A DNA stretch of 63,449 bases, counting the filler, from Octopus bimaculoides (taxonomy: Eukaryota): the NCBI RefSeq assembly GCF_001194135.2. It is 7 parts of 6 records of this genome, joined end to end, with 100 filler letters (N's around TTAATTAATTAA, not from the genome) between each part and the next. Parts side by side here need not be neighbours in the genome. Positions count along the whole stretch, not along the records: positions 1 to 14,966 come from NC_068991.1; positions 15,067 to 41,450 come from NC_068989.1; 5 more parts are not named here. One strand, 5' to 3'. How positions within the stretch are numbered: position 1 is the first letter of the stretch; every line of letters starts with the position of its first letter. Both the position numbers and the translations under genes were made by a program. Below the pieces are notes generated by a model. It did not search any database. It was not told where the DNA came from and was given only the letters and a program-made list of their open reading frames with translations. Below are positions 12,268 to 24,600 of this stretch, in pieces.

Positions 12268-12515
12268 TATGTACCGTGTTTGTATGTATTTGTATTTCCA
12301 TATGTGTGGACATGTGTCTCCATATGTGTCCTTGTGTGAAGTAAAATGGGTGTGTATATATGGTCACGTGTTTCAGTCTTCACAAATGAAGACTGAAAAA
12401 CTGAAACATATGACCATATATATACACACACACTTTACTTCACACAAGGACACATATGGAGACACACGTCCACACATATGGAGGTACACATCCATACATA
12501 CAAACACAGTTCATA
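12268..12515. repeat. Long palindrome/foldback
   Basis: Arms 12268-12382 and 12387-12515 are reverse complements around a 4-nt loop (caaa). Confidence 0.9.
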
Positions 12516-12742
12516 TTTTCAAAACACACACACACACACTCAGACATGCACACACAAGGAGACAGAGGTACACACATACAAAAACACACGCATACATAAA
12601 AACACACAAACATGGACACGCAAACACCTGAATATGCAGAATACATACATACAAATGTACACACATACATACATAAATACATGCATACACACACGTGCAT
12701 GCATACATACATACATACATACATACATGCATGCATGCATAT

Positions 12743-12777
<35 letters not shown>

Positions 12778-13069
12778 CCCACACACATGCAAACAAACAA
12801 ACAAAAAGGAATGCAGTGTGAATAACAGAAAGTTAAAACTATTGAAAAGGCTGCAAGAAACAATGAAAATTTTAGAAAAATAAAGAAGGAAATAAGTGGA
12901 AATTTTACCGGTGAGTGTGTTAAGTTATAAGGCACTAAAAGAGATTGACTCTCTCCAGACACAACAGATTATGTTTCAACACACGAACTCACATAAAGAA
13001 TTTTGCAAACCAAATCCAAAAACAATATATATTTATAAATACACAAACACACACACACACACACACATA

Positions 13070-14337
13070 TATATTTTAAATGATTGATACAGAAGATGGA
13101 ATGCAACTAGAAGCTTCATTTAGCACAACAATCATTTCAGCTCCCTTCTGCACTGCTTCAGAGTGGGTGGGGAACTATGTAATGATATCAGATGCCTCAT
13201 ACAGTGCAGAAAGCCTCATCAGATGATGTAACATGCTTCAAAAGTTATATGATTTACATTTCACTTTTGCTCCAAGTTAGATGCTGGTGGTAAGTTGCCA
13301 GTAGTTCACACACATTGGTGAAGTGAGGAAACTTGTAATCAGAAAGTGGTTGATAATAAAAATAAAAAATACAAAGAATCTAATGTAAATGGAGAGGGTG
13401 TTTATAGTTGTAATCAGGAAGTGGTTGATAAAAAAATAAAAAATATAGAGAATCTAATGTAAATGGAGGTGGGTTTATGGCATTGGATTGGAAGGCCCTA
13501 AAGTGTGTGTAGATCTTTGATGGCTGGCTATGGCAGTCAAGTGTGGTCAAGAATTTGGTGGGGGTGTGATTCCCATCTTTAGATTTGATGGCTGCTTACA
13601 CCGACACACACACAACCATACACTCACACATATATATATACATATGAGTGTGTGCACATGTACATATACAGACACATATGCACCCATACACCTATATATA
13701 TATATACATACACGCAGGCACACATCACTCATCCCGTTGTTGATTTCATGCATATGCTACTCCAAGTTGGAGGAGGTTGTGTATAACATCTTCATGTTAT
13801 ACCTGTTAAATATGAAGTGGTATATGTGTGATTTCAGGAATCACCTGTCCAATGCTGCAAGGAACTGTCTAGCGATCTTTGAAGAAACATTTGATGTGTG
13901 GATTGGGTTATACCAGCGTACAGTGTGGTTTTTATATTTGGTGTTGGGTTAACCTCACTATTATGCTTGACTGCCATAGCCAGGCATCAAAGGTCTCTAC
14001 ACATTTAAGGCTTTTCAATCCAATGCCATAATTCCATCCCATTTTTTATCATTTTATCAACCACTTCCTGACCACAAGTTTCCTCACCTCACCATGTGTG
14101 AACTACTAGCAACACACCACCAGTATCTAACTTGGAACAAAAGCAAAATGTAAATCTTACCACTTTTGAAGCTTGATTCATCTCCTGACAAGGATTCCGG
14201 CACTGTGTGATGCATCTAATATCATTACATCATTCCCAACCCTTTAAGGAGCAGCGCAAAAGGGAGCTGAAACAATTGGTGTGATAAATAAAGCTTCTAG
14301 TTCCACTCCGTCTTTCATATCAATCATGTAAAATATA
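13070..14337. repeat. Diverged long inverted repeat enclosing a Penelope fragment
   Basis: Arms at about 13070-13545 and 13965-14337, roughly 75 percent identical by eye. The spacer (minus 13735-13955) encodes WYNPIHTSNVSSKIARQFLAALDR*FLKSHIYHFIFNR. Confidence 0.8.
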
Positions 14338-14614
14338 CCCAATGTGCACCCAGGGATTCCTGACGTAGATCCAGCGACAAAAGTGCAGTAATGCAGATGA
14401 CGCCTGGTAGCCATAAGTTGTGAATGTGGTCTGCAGACACACTACCTGGGACTTACTTGAAACAAGGTGTGATTACTGCATTTTAACGTCTCTTTTCTAA
14501 ACCTTAATTTTTAATTTTAGATTTAATTTATATATATATATATATATATATATTTCCTTGGATGAAACCATCCCTTCGTGGGGTTAACACAACCTCTAAT
14601 CAAATATATATATA

Positions 14615-15245
14615 TCATCATCATCATCATCATCATCGTTTAACGTCCGCTTTCCATGCTAGCATGGGTTGGACGATTTGACTGAGGACTGGTGAGACCA
14701 GATGGCTACACCAGGCTCCAATCTGATTTGGCAGAGTTTCTACAGCTGGATGCACTTCCTAACGCCAACCACTCCGGGAGTGTAGTAGGTGCTTTTACGC
14801 GTCACCCGCACGAATGCCAGTCAGGCAGTACTGGCAACGGCCATGCTCAAAATGGTGCATTTCATGTGCCACCCGCACAAGAGCCAGTCCAGGGGCACTG
14901 GCAACGATCTCGCTTGAAAATACCACGAAGGCCAGCCAGGCGGCACTGGCAACGGTCACGCTCAAANNNNNNNNNNNNNNNNNNNNNNNNNNNNNNNNNN
15001 NNNNNNNNNNTTAATTAATTAANNNNNNNNNNNNNNNNNNNNNNNNNNNNNNNNNNNNNNNNNNNNCTTGGCTAGGTATTTCTCCTGAAGCTGTCTTACC
15101 AGAAATATAGCATCAGTGGTGCTTTTCCCAGGCACGAACCCAAACTGCATCTCATCTAAACTGACTCGCTCCCTAAGCAGTTGAGCTATGACCCTCTCCG
15201 TGACTTTCATTACCTGATCTAAAAGCTTGATACCTCTGTAATTAT
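14615..15245 (-). mobile_element. RTE LINE pieces (3' UTR/tail and RT fragment) either side of a linker gap
   Basis: (CAT)n tail copy at 14615-14966; YRGIKLLDQVMKVTERVIAQLLRERVSLDEMQFGFVPGKSTTDAIF at 15067-15245. Confidence 0.85.
15011..15022. other. Assembly linker TTAATTAATTAA inside N runs
   Basis: Identical 12-mer in N runs at 15011 (44 N each side), 41495, 45861, 48803, 53722 and 59554; has stop codons in all six frames. Confidence 0.95.
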
Positions 15246-15280
15246 TTGTATTATGTATGTATGTATGTATGTATGTATGT

Positions 15281-18200
15281 CAGGTCACTTATGAGGCTCT
15301 CATAAGTGCTACTGGTAACATGCAATCCAGTACAACCTGTTGCATGGTCGGGTTGCCGGCGACTAAACTGGCATCCCCACCAGGCTACCCTGGTGAGGAG
15401 GGTTGCTAGAAACGCAGCAGGATTAAAAACAAGACCTGTTGAAAGCTTGGATGGACCTGGTGCAGGCTCAGTGGCTATCTAGCAATAGCACAGGTACGCA
15501 GAAATTCCGGGATGGTGTCCGGCGTGCTGAAAGACCACTGGGAGTGATGCGTCCCTCAGCTTTTGTTGAAGCATGTCTCTTGGAGAAGGTCATTCTGATA
15601 TAAAACCAGATATGCAGGGAATGGCATTGGACATTTTGGGGTTCTTTGGTTTGTGCTAGAGATCATGGTGCTCCCACATCCCTGAGCCTGCGACTCATAT
15701 TGGCACCAGACATCTTGCTCCGGCTTGTCTCTGGATAACGTCAATAAAGTGGAGAGGGTCTATGAGGTGTTGTGCAAACCTTATTGGACCTAAAACTCTG
15801 CACAGGCATTGCCGACCGCTGTTCGATATGTGCATTTTTTCCCCTATATATATTTATCTTATTTTTAGTATATATTTAACTTATTTTTAGTATATATTTT
15901 CTTCATTTTTAATAAATATTTTAATTTTCTTTTATTCGGAAGTCCTGTGATGATGGGAATGTGGTGAAGCATGCAGACCTGACGGGTTGGAAGCATGTAG
16001 TCAGCGACCTGCACATAGGCAGCCCATGCTAGATATAAAGTCGTCTCCTTGTCGCCCATAACAGCGGTAGGATTCGGTTGCTGCATGGGTGTCTGAGCAG
16101 CTCCATTTGGAGAGGGCACTGCTCACCCAGAAACCGGGGAGGTTCTAGAAAAGGTGAACCAAAAATTGCCTGTCTTTCCATATCTGGTCAGTTTAGTACG
16201 ACTGACGGATGTCCACCCTGCGCTTGAAAAACAAAGAGTCTTTTATTTATAAACTCTGGACGGAACTTAAACATTTCATGTTGGAATGTGCGCACTCTGT
16301 TGGACAACAAGAGTGATTGTAGGCCTGAAAAACGCACTGCACTTGTTGCTTGTGAGCTGAACCATTATAAAATTGATATAGCTGCACTCTCAGAGACTCG
16401 TATAGAAGGTGAATGTCAGCTTGAGGAAGTAGGAGGTGGATACACCTTTTTTGGAAAGGAAGGCAGAAGGAGGAGCGCAGAGAGGCTGGTGTTGGTTTTG
16501 CAGTCCGATCTGATATCCTTAAGAAGTTGGAAGAGCTCCCTGTTCCTATAAATGAACGTATGACACTACGGTTGCACTTGAAAGGTAAGCGGTTTGCTAC
16601 TCTAATAAGTACCTATGCACCTTGACTAGCTGTGATGAAGATAAAACAATCTTTTATATCCAGCTGAGAGCCATACTTAGAAAAATCCCCAATTCTGATA
16701 AAGTCATTCTACTGGGGGATTTTAATGTCAGGGTTAGAACAGACTGGCAAACATGGAACTCTATAGGACGTTTTGGAGTTGGGAAAATGAATAGCAATGG
16801 TCTCATGTAACTGGAGCTTTGCGAAGAACATGGACTTTACATCACAAGCACTCATTTTATGCACAAAGGTGATCACACAACAGCATGGATGCATCCAAGG
16901 TCCAAAGTTTGGCACTTGCTGGATTATGTCATCATCCGCAAGCGCGACATTTATGACATTTGTAATGTCAAGTCCTTTCATGGATCAGAATGCTGGACAG
17001 ACCACAGTCTGGTGCGAGCAAAGTTCCGAATGGTGGTTACAGTGAAAGAGAGAAGAGGACCAGTCAGCATTCCTCACCGTCTAAATGTCCNNNNNNNNNN
17101 GTGAAAGAGAGAAGAGGACCAGTCAGCATTCCTCACCGTCTAAATGTCCATAAGGTATATGATGTTGTGGTTAGGCAATAACTTCAGACTCGCTTGTCCA
17201 GCATTGAAACTGCTGCAGCATGGGAGGATTTTCGAGACCACATTCTACAATGTGCAGCCGAAACCCTGGGATATGTTACTGCCAGACACAGAGACTGGTT
17301 TGATGAGAATGATGCTGAAGTTCAGCGACTATTGGTGGTAAAGCGCCATGCTCACAGTGTATTGCAACACAGAGAACTGTCTACTGTGCAGCGAAGTCTA
17401 GCACTTGCCCAATATAACAGTGTAAAATCACTACTGCAGCGATCTCTCAGGAAGATGCAGAACATTTGGTGGGAGGATCTTGCTCATGATGTTCAGGCTG
17501 TTGCTGATGCAAATGATAGCAAGAAGCTTTACCATCTTATGAAGCGAGCTTATGGACCTAAGAGCTCCACATCAGCTCCTTTGCTTTCCAAGGAGTCTTC
17601 CACTCTGTTTACTAAATCAACAGAAATCACAGGTCGCTGGATCGAACACTTCTCTGAACTCTTAAACCATGAGTCAGTTGTGGATGAAACAGTGATTGAT
17701 ACTATGCAACAAAGACCTATCACTGGCTCCTTAGACTCCTCGCCCGCAATAGATGAGGTAATGACATCAATAAGTAAATTGAATCTTGGTAGGGCACCTG
17801 GAAAGGATGGAATTTGTGCTGAGGTCTTGCGATTTNNNNNNNNNNNNNNNNNNNNNNNNNNNNNNNNNNNNNNNNNNNNNNNNNNNNNNNNNNNNNNNNN
17901 NNNNNNNNNNNNNNNNNNNNNNNNNNNNNNNNNNNNNNNNNNNNNNNNNNNNNNNNNNNNNNNNNNNNNNNNNNNNNNNNNNNNNNNNNNNNNNNNNNNN
18001 NNNNNNNNNNNNNNNNNNNNNNNNNNNNNNNNNNNNNNNNNNNNNNNNNNNNNNNNNNNNNNNNNNNNNNNNNNNNNNNNNNNNNNNNNNNNNNNNNNNN
18101 NNNNNNNNNNNNNNNNNNNNNNNNNNNNNNNNNNNNNNNNNNNNNNNNNNNNNNNNNNNNNNNNNNNNNNNNNNNNNNNNNNNNNNNNNNNNNNNNNNNN

Positions 18201-19785
18201 NNNNNNNNNNNNNNNNNNNNNNNNNNNNNNNNNNNNNNNNNNNNNNNNNNNNNNNNNNNNNNNNNNNNNNNNNNNNNNNNNNNNNNNNNNNNNNNNNNNN
18301 NNNNNNNNNNNNNNNNNNNNNNNNNNNNNNNNNNNNNNNNNNNNNNNNNNNNNNNNNNNNNNNNNNNNNNNNNNNNNNNNNNNNNNNNNNNNNNNNNNNN
18401 NNNNNNNNNNNNNNNNNNNNNNNNNNNNNNNNNNNNNNNNNNNNNNNNNNNNNNNNNNNNNNNNNNNNNNNNNNNNNNNNNNNNNNNNNNNNNNNNNNNN
18501 NNNNNNNNNNNNNNNNNNNNNNNNNNNNNNNNNNNNNNNNNNNNNNNNNNNNNNNNNNNNNNNNNNNNNNNNNNNNNNNNNNNNNNNNNNNNNNNNNNNN
18601 NNNNNNNNNNNNNNNNNNNNNNNNNNNNNNNNNNNNNNNNNNNNNNGGTTAGCTCTCTGGGAATATATGTCAGATATTGATCTTCTGACCACCTCTTTAA
18701 TCTTCGCCGATTTGCTGCCAATTCAAAGGTTCTCCAGTCTATTATTCGTGACCTCCTTTATGAAGATGACTGTGACTTAGTCACTCATACAGTGGATGAC
18801 ATGCAAATACTCATGAATTGCATTTATGCTTCTTGCAAGGCATTTGGACTTAACATTAGCCTGGACAAGACTGTTGTAATGTTCCAGCCTGCACCAGGAA
18901 ATCCATATGTGAAACCAGCTATCTTGGCTGAAGGAACAATTCTGAAGGTAGTAGACAAGTTTGTCTACCTGGGCAGCACACTCAGCCATTCTTGCTCCCT
19001 GGATGAAGAAATATCTTTCAGGTTGCAGAGAGCAACTAATTCCTTCCGGTCTCTTCAGTCTCGTGTCTGGTCCCAGCATGGCATCGCAAGGTAAACAAAA
19101 GTTGCTGTGTACCATGCATGTGTACTGACATCGCTCCTCTACTCATGTGAGAACATGGACTCCGTACAAACGTCAGGTAAGGGTCCTTGAACACTTTTAT
19201 CAGAGATGTCTCAGACACATTCTCAATGTTGGCTGGACCTCAAAAATTCCAGACACACAGGTCCTGAGGACAGCTGATATCTTGAGTATTGAGGCAATGG
19301 TGCACAAGCACCGGTTACGTTGGACTGGACACCTTATTAGAATGAAGGATAGCAAGATTCCTAAGCAGATGCTATATGGAGAACTTGTGAATGGAAGGAG
19401 ACTCCGGCAGAAACCAAGGCTGCGATTTAAGGACTGTGTCAAGTCCTCATTAAAGGCCTGTGATATGCAGGACACTGACTGGGAGAACAATACCTGTCAT
19501 CACCACAGATGGAGGAAGCAAGTTAAGGAGGGGATTGACACTTTTCAGAGAGCACGTAACCAGTATGAAGAACTTAAGTGAGCTGCGCGAAAGCGCACGG
19601 CTCGTATAGTGAATGGGGAAAGCTTGGTCTGCAATGTTTGCAGTCGTGTATGCTTGTCAAGAGCAGGGGGCTCATTAGCCACCAATGGAGCCGCAAATGC
19701 AAAATATAAGTTAGTCCTAGAGTGCACAATGTTCCTGAATTGTCTTCCTCGGTCACGAGTGGACGGCCATCATCATCATCATCAT
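15281..19785 (+). mobile_element. Near full-length inactivated RTE (BovB-like) LINE
   Basis: About 1 kb 5' UTR; APE motifs WNVRTL, AALSET, LGDFN; GRAPGKDGI upstream of RT (RT core in gap 17836-18646); YEDDC (decayed YADD), YLGS, RWTGHLIRM; C-terminal CxxC; (CAT)n tail; (TATG)n on both flanks. Several stops and frameshifts. Confidence 0.9.
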
Positions 19786-19934
19786 GTATGTATGTATGCA
19801 TGTTATATATCCTGGTGTTTGATAAATAATTTAATGAAGTAGGGGGAAAGAAAGTATTCACACAGTGCACTACAATTACTGTTACACGAGATTAAATGCT
19901 CCTTGCCAACAGCTCACAGTGAAATGCTTGAATT

Positions 19935-21660
19935 ATTTTATTAAGCACTCAGGTTTTTACACAGAGGGGACAGCACAAGGACACACAGAACACCACAGTG
20001 TGGACAAAAAGCATAAGACGAATGAAAATGAGAAAAATGTTATATAAAAATGAAAAAGGAAATGGCTAGATGAGCCCCACTCTCATGCAGTACCATTTGA
20101 ACGTTTTTACTTATAGTTTATAATCTTTTTTTCCCCCTGTTCCTTCCTCCACTAGCATCGTTTTTGTTCTCTTTTTTTTTAAAGCAATTTTACTTTTTTT
20201 AATATCTTATGAATGGTTCCTGTTCTCTTAATTCCACTACTGGCAGCAGTTCATCAAACTCCACCACAAATCCTGGCAGATCAATGTTCAACCAGTTATA
20301 TCTGTCTTTATTAATTATAATGGCTTCCACATTTTCTCCGAATGTATCTGTAGGCAACTTAATCCTTATAACAGATTTAAACTTTGTTATCATTCTTTCA
20401 GTTGCTGTGCTCTTAGCATATATAACGAAATTCCATCTGTGCTTTCTCGGCCTTCTCGCTTGTTTGCGTTTACTTTACTCCACTCTTGGCGCCTTCTCTC
20501 TGTCTTTATCCTCCTCCATTTTTGTTAGTGTCGCTGTTTCTTCATGCTGTTGTCTTTCTACATTGCCTAAAACTTCTTCCTCCACTGGTATCACTAGTAT
20601 ACTTGATACTGTCTCCTTTTTCTCGAGTTGTTCCTCAATCTCCTTCTCAACCTCCTTCTCGACCTCCATTTCAATCTCCTTCACAACCTCCTTCTCAACC
20701 TCCTTATCTACTTTTGTTTTCTTTTTCTGTCTCTCCAGTGGAGAGCTTACTCTTTCTTTCCTCTTTTGTTTTTTTACTACTGTAAATTCTTCCTCTGTTC
20801 TTGCTGTCTCTTTCTCATCATACTGTACCACTTCGTCCACCTCTTGCTCCTCAGACTGTTCCATCTGTTGTTCCTTCTCTTCTCTCCGGGGGCACCTCGC
20901 CTTCATACGGCCTTTCTCGCCACACTGGTAGCATATGGGAGGCCTACCCTCCACTACCACTCTCAGTCTCACATCTTCGGGTAGAACTATATTTCCTCCG
21001 CAATTTTGTTCAGGTCACTTAAACTTGCCTGTACAGCCATCTCTATTCCAAATACCCGTCAATTCAACCTTTTAGTTCTCATCACTCTCAGTATTTTCGC
21101 GTCTTCCTCCATGTTGAACATAATTGCTGCAACTAACTATGTTTCGTTTAATTCCAGTGGTACTTTTCCCACTCTCACTCTGATAATATGCTTGCCACAG
21201 TATGCTGGCAAAAGTACCCACCCTTCTGTCTTTATGGCTTCAATGCAGTGTCTTTGGTTGTGAATCGCACCTCTACTGTGCTATATCTTCTTCCTCTTGT
21301 TATGAAAGTGGTGACTTTTTTCACTTCTTTTAGGCACTTTTCAATATCTTCAATAGTCGCAATCTCAATTTTTTTGTGATGACACTTTAAGTTTCTTATA
21401 TATCACTGTTCTCTTCCTTACTCTATCCGTTAGTTTGTCTGGTGGCATCAATTTTAGGTTATGGCCTTCTTTTTCTGGCAACTTCCCGCATTCTTTTAGC
21501 TTTTTTGGTTCTATCTTTACCTCACAAACCTCCAAAGCATCCACGTCCACTCCTCTGCCAGTTGCTGCTGCATAACTGTGTCCTTTTGCTGGTCCAACCT
21601 CCATTTCTCTTCTCTTCTCAGGTTTTCCCATAAATGGGAAGAAAAACACAAATCAGCAAG
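19935..21660 (-). mobile_element. ORF1-only non-LTR retroelement (half-L1/Tx1-like), apparently complete
   Basis: Frameshifted ORF from 21649: SYAAA, RGRRYSTVEVRF, VVEGRPPICYQCGEKG(R)MKARCP knuckle, Glu/Lys-rich tract, end at 20199. About 260 nt of 3' UTR with GTCCCCTCTGTGTAA (19957-19971) and AATAAA (19937-19942). Confidence 0.72.
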
Positions 21661-21669
21661 CTCGTAAAT

Positions 21670-24600
21670 AAAAACAGTACAGCAATTTCAATAAACAACA
21701 CAAGGGGAGACCTTTAACAAATATAACAATATATCACCTCTAACTTCACATAGAATCGCAAGGATTTTACCCCAAAACAGTGAACTGCTTGCCCTGAACT
21801 GCTGACAGTTCTTTATTTTATAGCAATATGTCAGTCCACTTTTAGTCACATGGGAGTGGTTGGAATCCTTCCACATCATCTCACCTTTTTAGAATTAGTC
21901 TCCCCTAACTTCTCCCCTTTTGAGAATTAAACTCCACTCAAGAGTTTTAATATCTCTTACACTTAAGTTTCAATTCCACTAAGGTGCAATACTTCCATGG
22001 AGATTTCATTTCTCATGACTGTTTTTTTTTTGTGAATGTTTTTTAAGTTGGTTAATATGTCTTTTATGTTCAACCTTTTATCAAGAATAACATTCTTCCA
22101 ATTTGTTTAATAATTACACTGTCTTCCCAGCTTTTTTTAAACATATATAAAGGTTTATAAAATTTTTTTTTTCACCTAACTTGAAGAATTTTGAAGTAGT
22201 TTCGTTGTTCGCTTTTTTCTATTTTCACTTGGTATCAGCTTATCAAAGATGGATCTGACCTTTCTAGCAAAACCAATTCCGCGAGTGACATTCCAGACGG
22301 GGTATTCAGATTAGGTGTTACTTGGTACGCTCTTAGAAATTATTGAAGTGCAAGGTTGTCCATTACTTCATTGTTTGCCTTTTTAATGCCCTCTTGAAAG
22401 TGTCAACAAAATACTTCACTTGTCCATTTGACCTATGGTATGATGGAGTGGTCACATGTTTGATAACGAACATTTTACAAAATTTTCTGAACTCATCTGA
22501 AGTAAATTGAGTTCCATTATGGTATCAGGGATACCATATCTGGTGAACAATTCATGTAAAAAACTTACTATAACTGCATATGTTGGCTTTTTACATTTAT
22601 GCACTTTAGGTCACTTAGAAAAACTGTCCACCACCCTTAAGTGGATCTATGTAATCAGCATGCAGTCTGGACCATGTAATATCTGTTTTTGGCCACCGTT
22701 GCCATTTAGTGGTAAGTGCTTTTGCAGCTAGGGCACGCCCTCTGCATGCTTTCACTAGTTCTTCAATGTTGGCCAATATGCATAACTTCTCATTAATGAT
22801 TTCATTCTTGAAATCCCTAGGTGACCAATGTGAAATTCCTTTTGTAATTGCTTCTATAGCGTGACTGGCACTATGACTCATTGAGTATACATCAATACAT
22901 TGTCACACACTGAGAATGGGTTTGAATTAGTATTGCACATATTTTTATCTCTTTTAGCCTTCAGCATTTCTTACATTTTTTAAAGAATTTATCATTTTCC
23001 GATTTTAATTTTATATCTTGTAATGTGACTGGCAGTTCACATATGATGTTACACAAAACATTTTAAATTCATTGTCTGCTTGCAACGAAGCAATCATGGT
23101 ATCTTCAAATGGTTCAGCATTTTTTGAAATCGGTCTTGATAAACAATCAGTGTCTACTAATTTCTTAGATGGTGTATACTCCATCTTAAAATCTTAGTTT
23201 AATAATATAGTACCCCAGCATTGCAACCTGTTGGCAGTATGGTTAGGGATTCCTTTCTTCAACCCATATATAGATAATAATGGATGATGATCAGTCTGTA
23301 GTTGAAAACTTCTACCATGTAAAAATCTATGAAATTTTTTTATGGCAAAAATAATTGCTAGAGCTTCTTTTTCTATTTGACTGTAATTTTTTTCTGCTGA
23401 TAGAGAATGTGAGGCATGAACCACTGCCTTCATGTTACCATCTTTATATTTATGTAGCATTACTGCTCCCATACTGTACTTCAGAGGCATCTGGAGCTAC
23501 TACAATCTCCACTGCAGGATCGATGTGTGCTTAGGCCAAATCAGATAATTTTGAAATTTTGTTGGAAGTCTTCTGACAATGTTTTAAGGCCAGTTCCATT
23601 TTACATCTTCTTTTAGCAGATTATTTAGTGGAGTTCTTACGTTATGCATATTTGGAATATAATTTTGGTAATAATTTGCCAGTCCCAAAAAAGCTTGTAA
23701 GGTCACTATATTTATCAATTTTTAATTGTGTCCGACCTTGATGGATCTGGTCGATGTCCATTTCTGTCAATGATTTGTCCTAAATATTTTATTTTTGGTA
23801 AGAAAAATTCACACTTTCTTCACTCAAAGTGAAGCTGTAATCCCTAATTTTTTCGAATATATATTTTATATGCTCTATGTGTTGGTCCTGGGATTCACTT
23901 TTTATGAGTATATCATCCAGATATGGAATTGCGAATTCACAGTCTGCTAACATTGCATCCATAGTCTGTTGAAAAATTGCTGGTGTAACTTTTAAGTCAA
24001 ATGGTAACCTATTGTATTTATACAGTTCTTTATGTGTGTTAATTGTTTGGTATTTAGAGCATTTATCATCTACTCTAATTTGTAGGTACACATCAGAGAG
24101 ATCCAATTTAGAAAATATTTTGTCACTGTTTAATTTCACAAATATGTCCTCCAGAATAGGTAGCTGATAGTGGCACATTTTTAGACATTTATTTAAATCA
24201 GTGGAAAAATCAGCACACACTCTGAGTTTATTATTCTTTTTCTTAACATACACAGTTGATGATGCCCATTGACTATATTCCATTTTTTAGATAACTCTAA
24301 TTTTTTCTAGTCTCTCTAACTCTAAGTTTATTTGTTCTAACACTGCAAAAGGTACAGTTCATTTTGGTTTAAATACCGGAATGGCATTTTCTTTTACTTG
24401 AAACTTCGCCTTTGTTTTGGTGCACAGTCCTAATTCATCAGGCAAAACTTCAGGAAAAATCTTATTAATTTAAAAAAAATTTCATCTGATAACTTATTTG
24501 TGCTGGTGGAAGAATCATTCACATTTTCATAGAAAATACTTATGGGGAGGTCCCAAAAGTTAAATAATTCCATCCAGTCTGTTCTGAATAAATTTGTTGT

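Noticed and set aside
12440-12962. His/Thr- and Cys/Val-rich ORFs (also at about 29.4, 53.3 and 62.4 kb)
   Set aside because: Translations of (CA)n, (TA)n and (TATG)n microsatellites.
17042-17149. 49-bp direct repeat inside the RTE
   Set aside because: The copies flank a 10-N gap exactly: unmerged contig overlap.
20209-20931. 240-aa Ser-rich plus-strand ORF
   Set aside because: Antisense shadow of the Glu/Lys-rich ORF1 on the minus strand.
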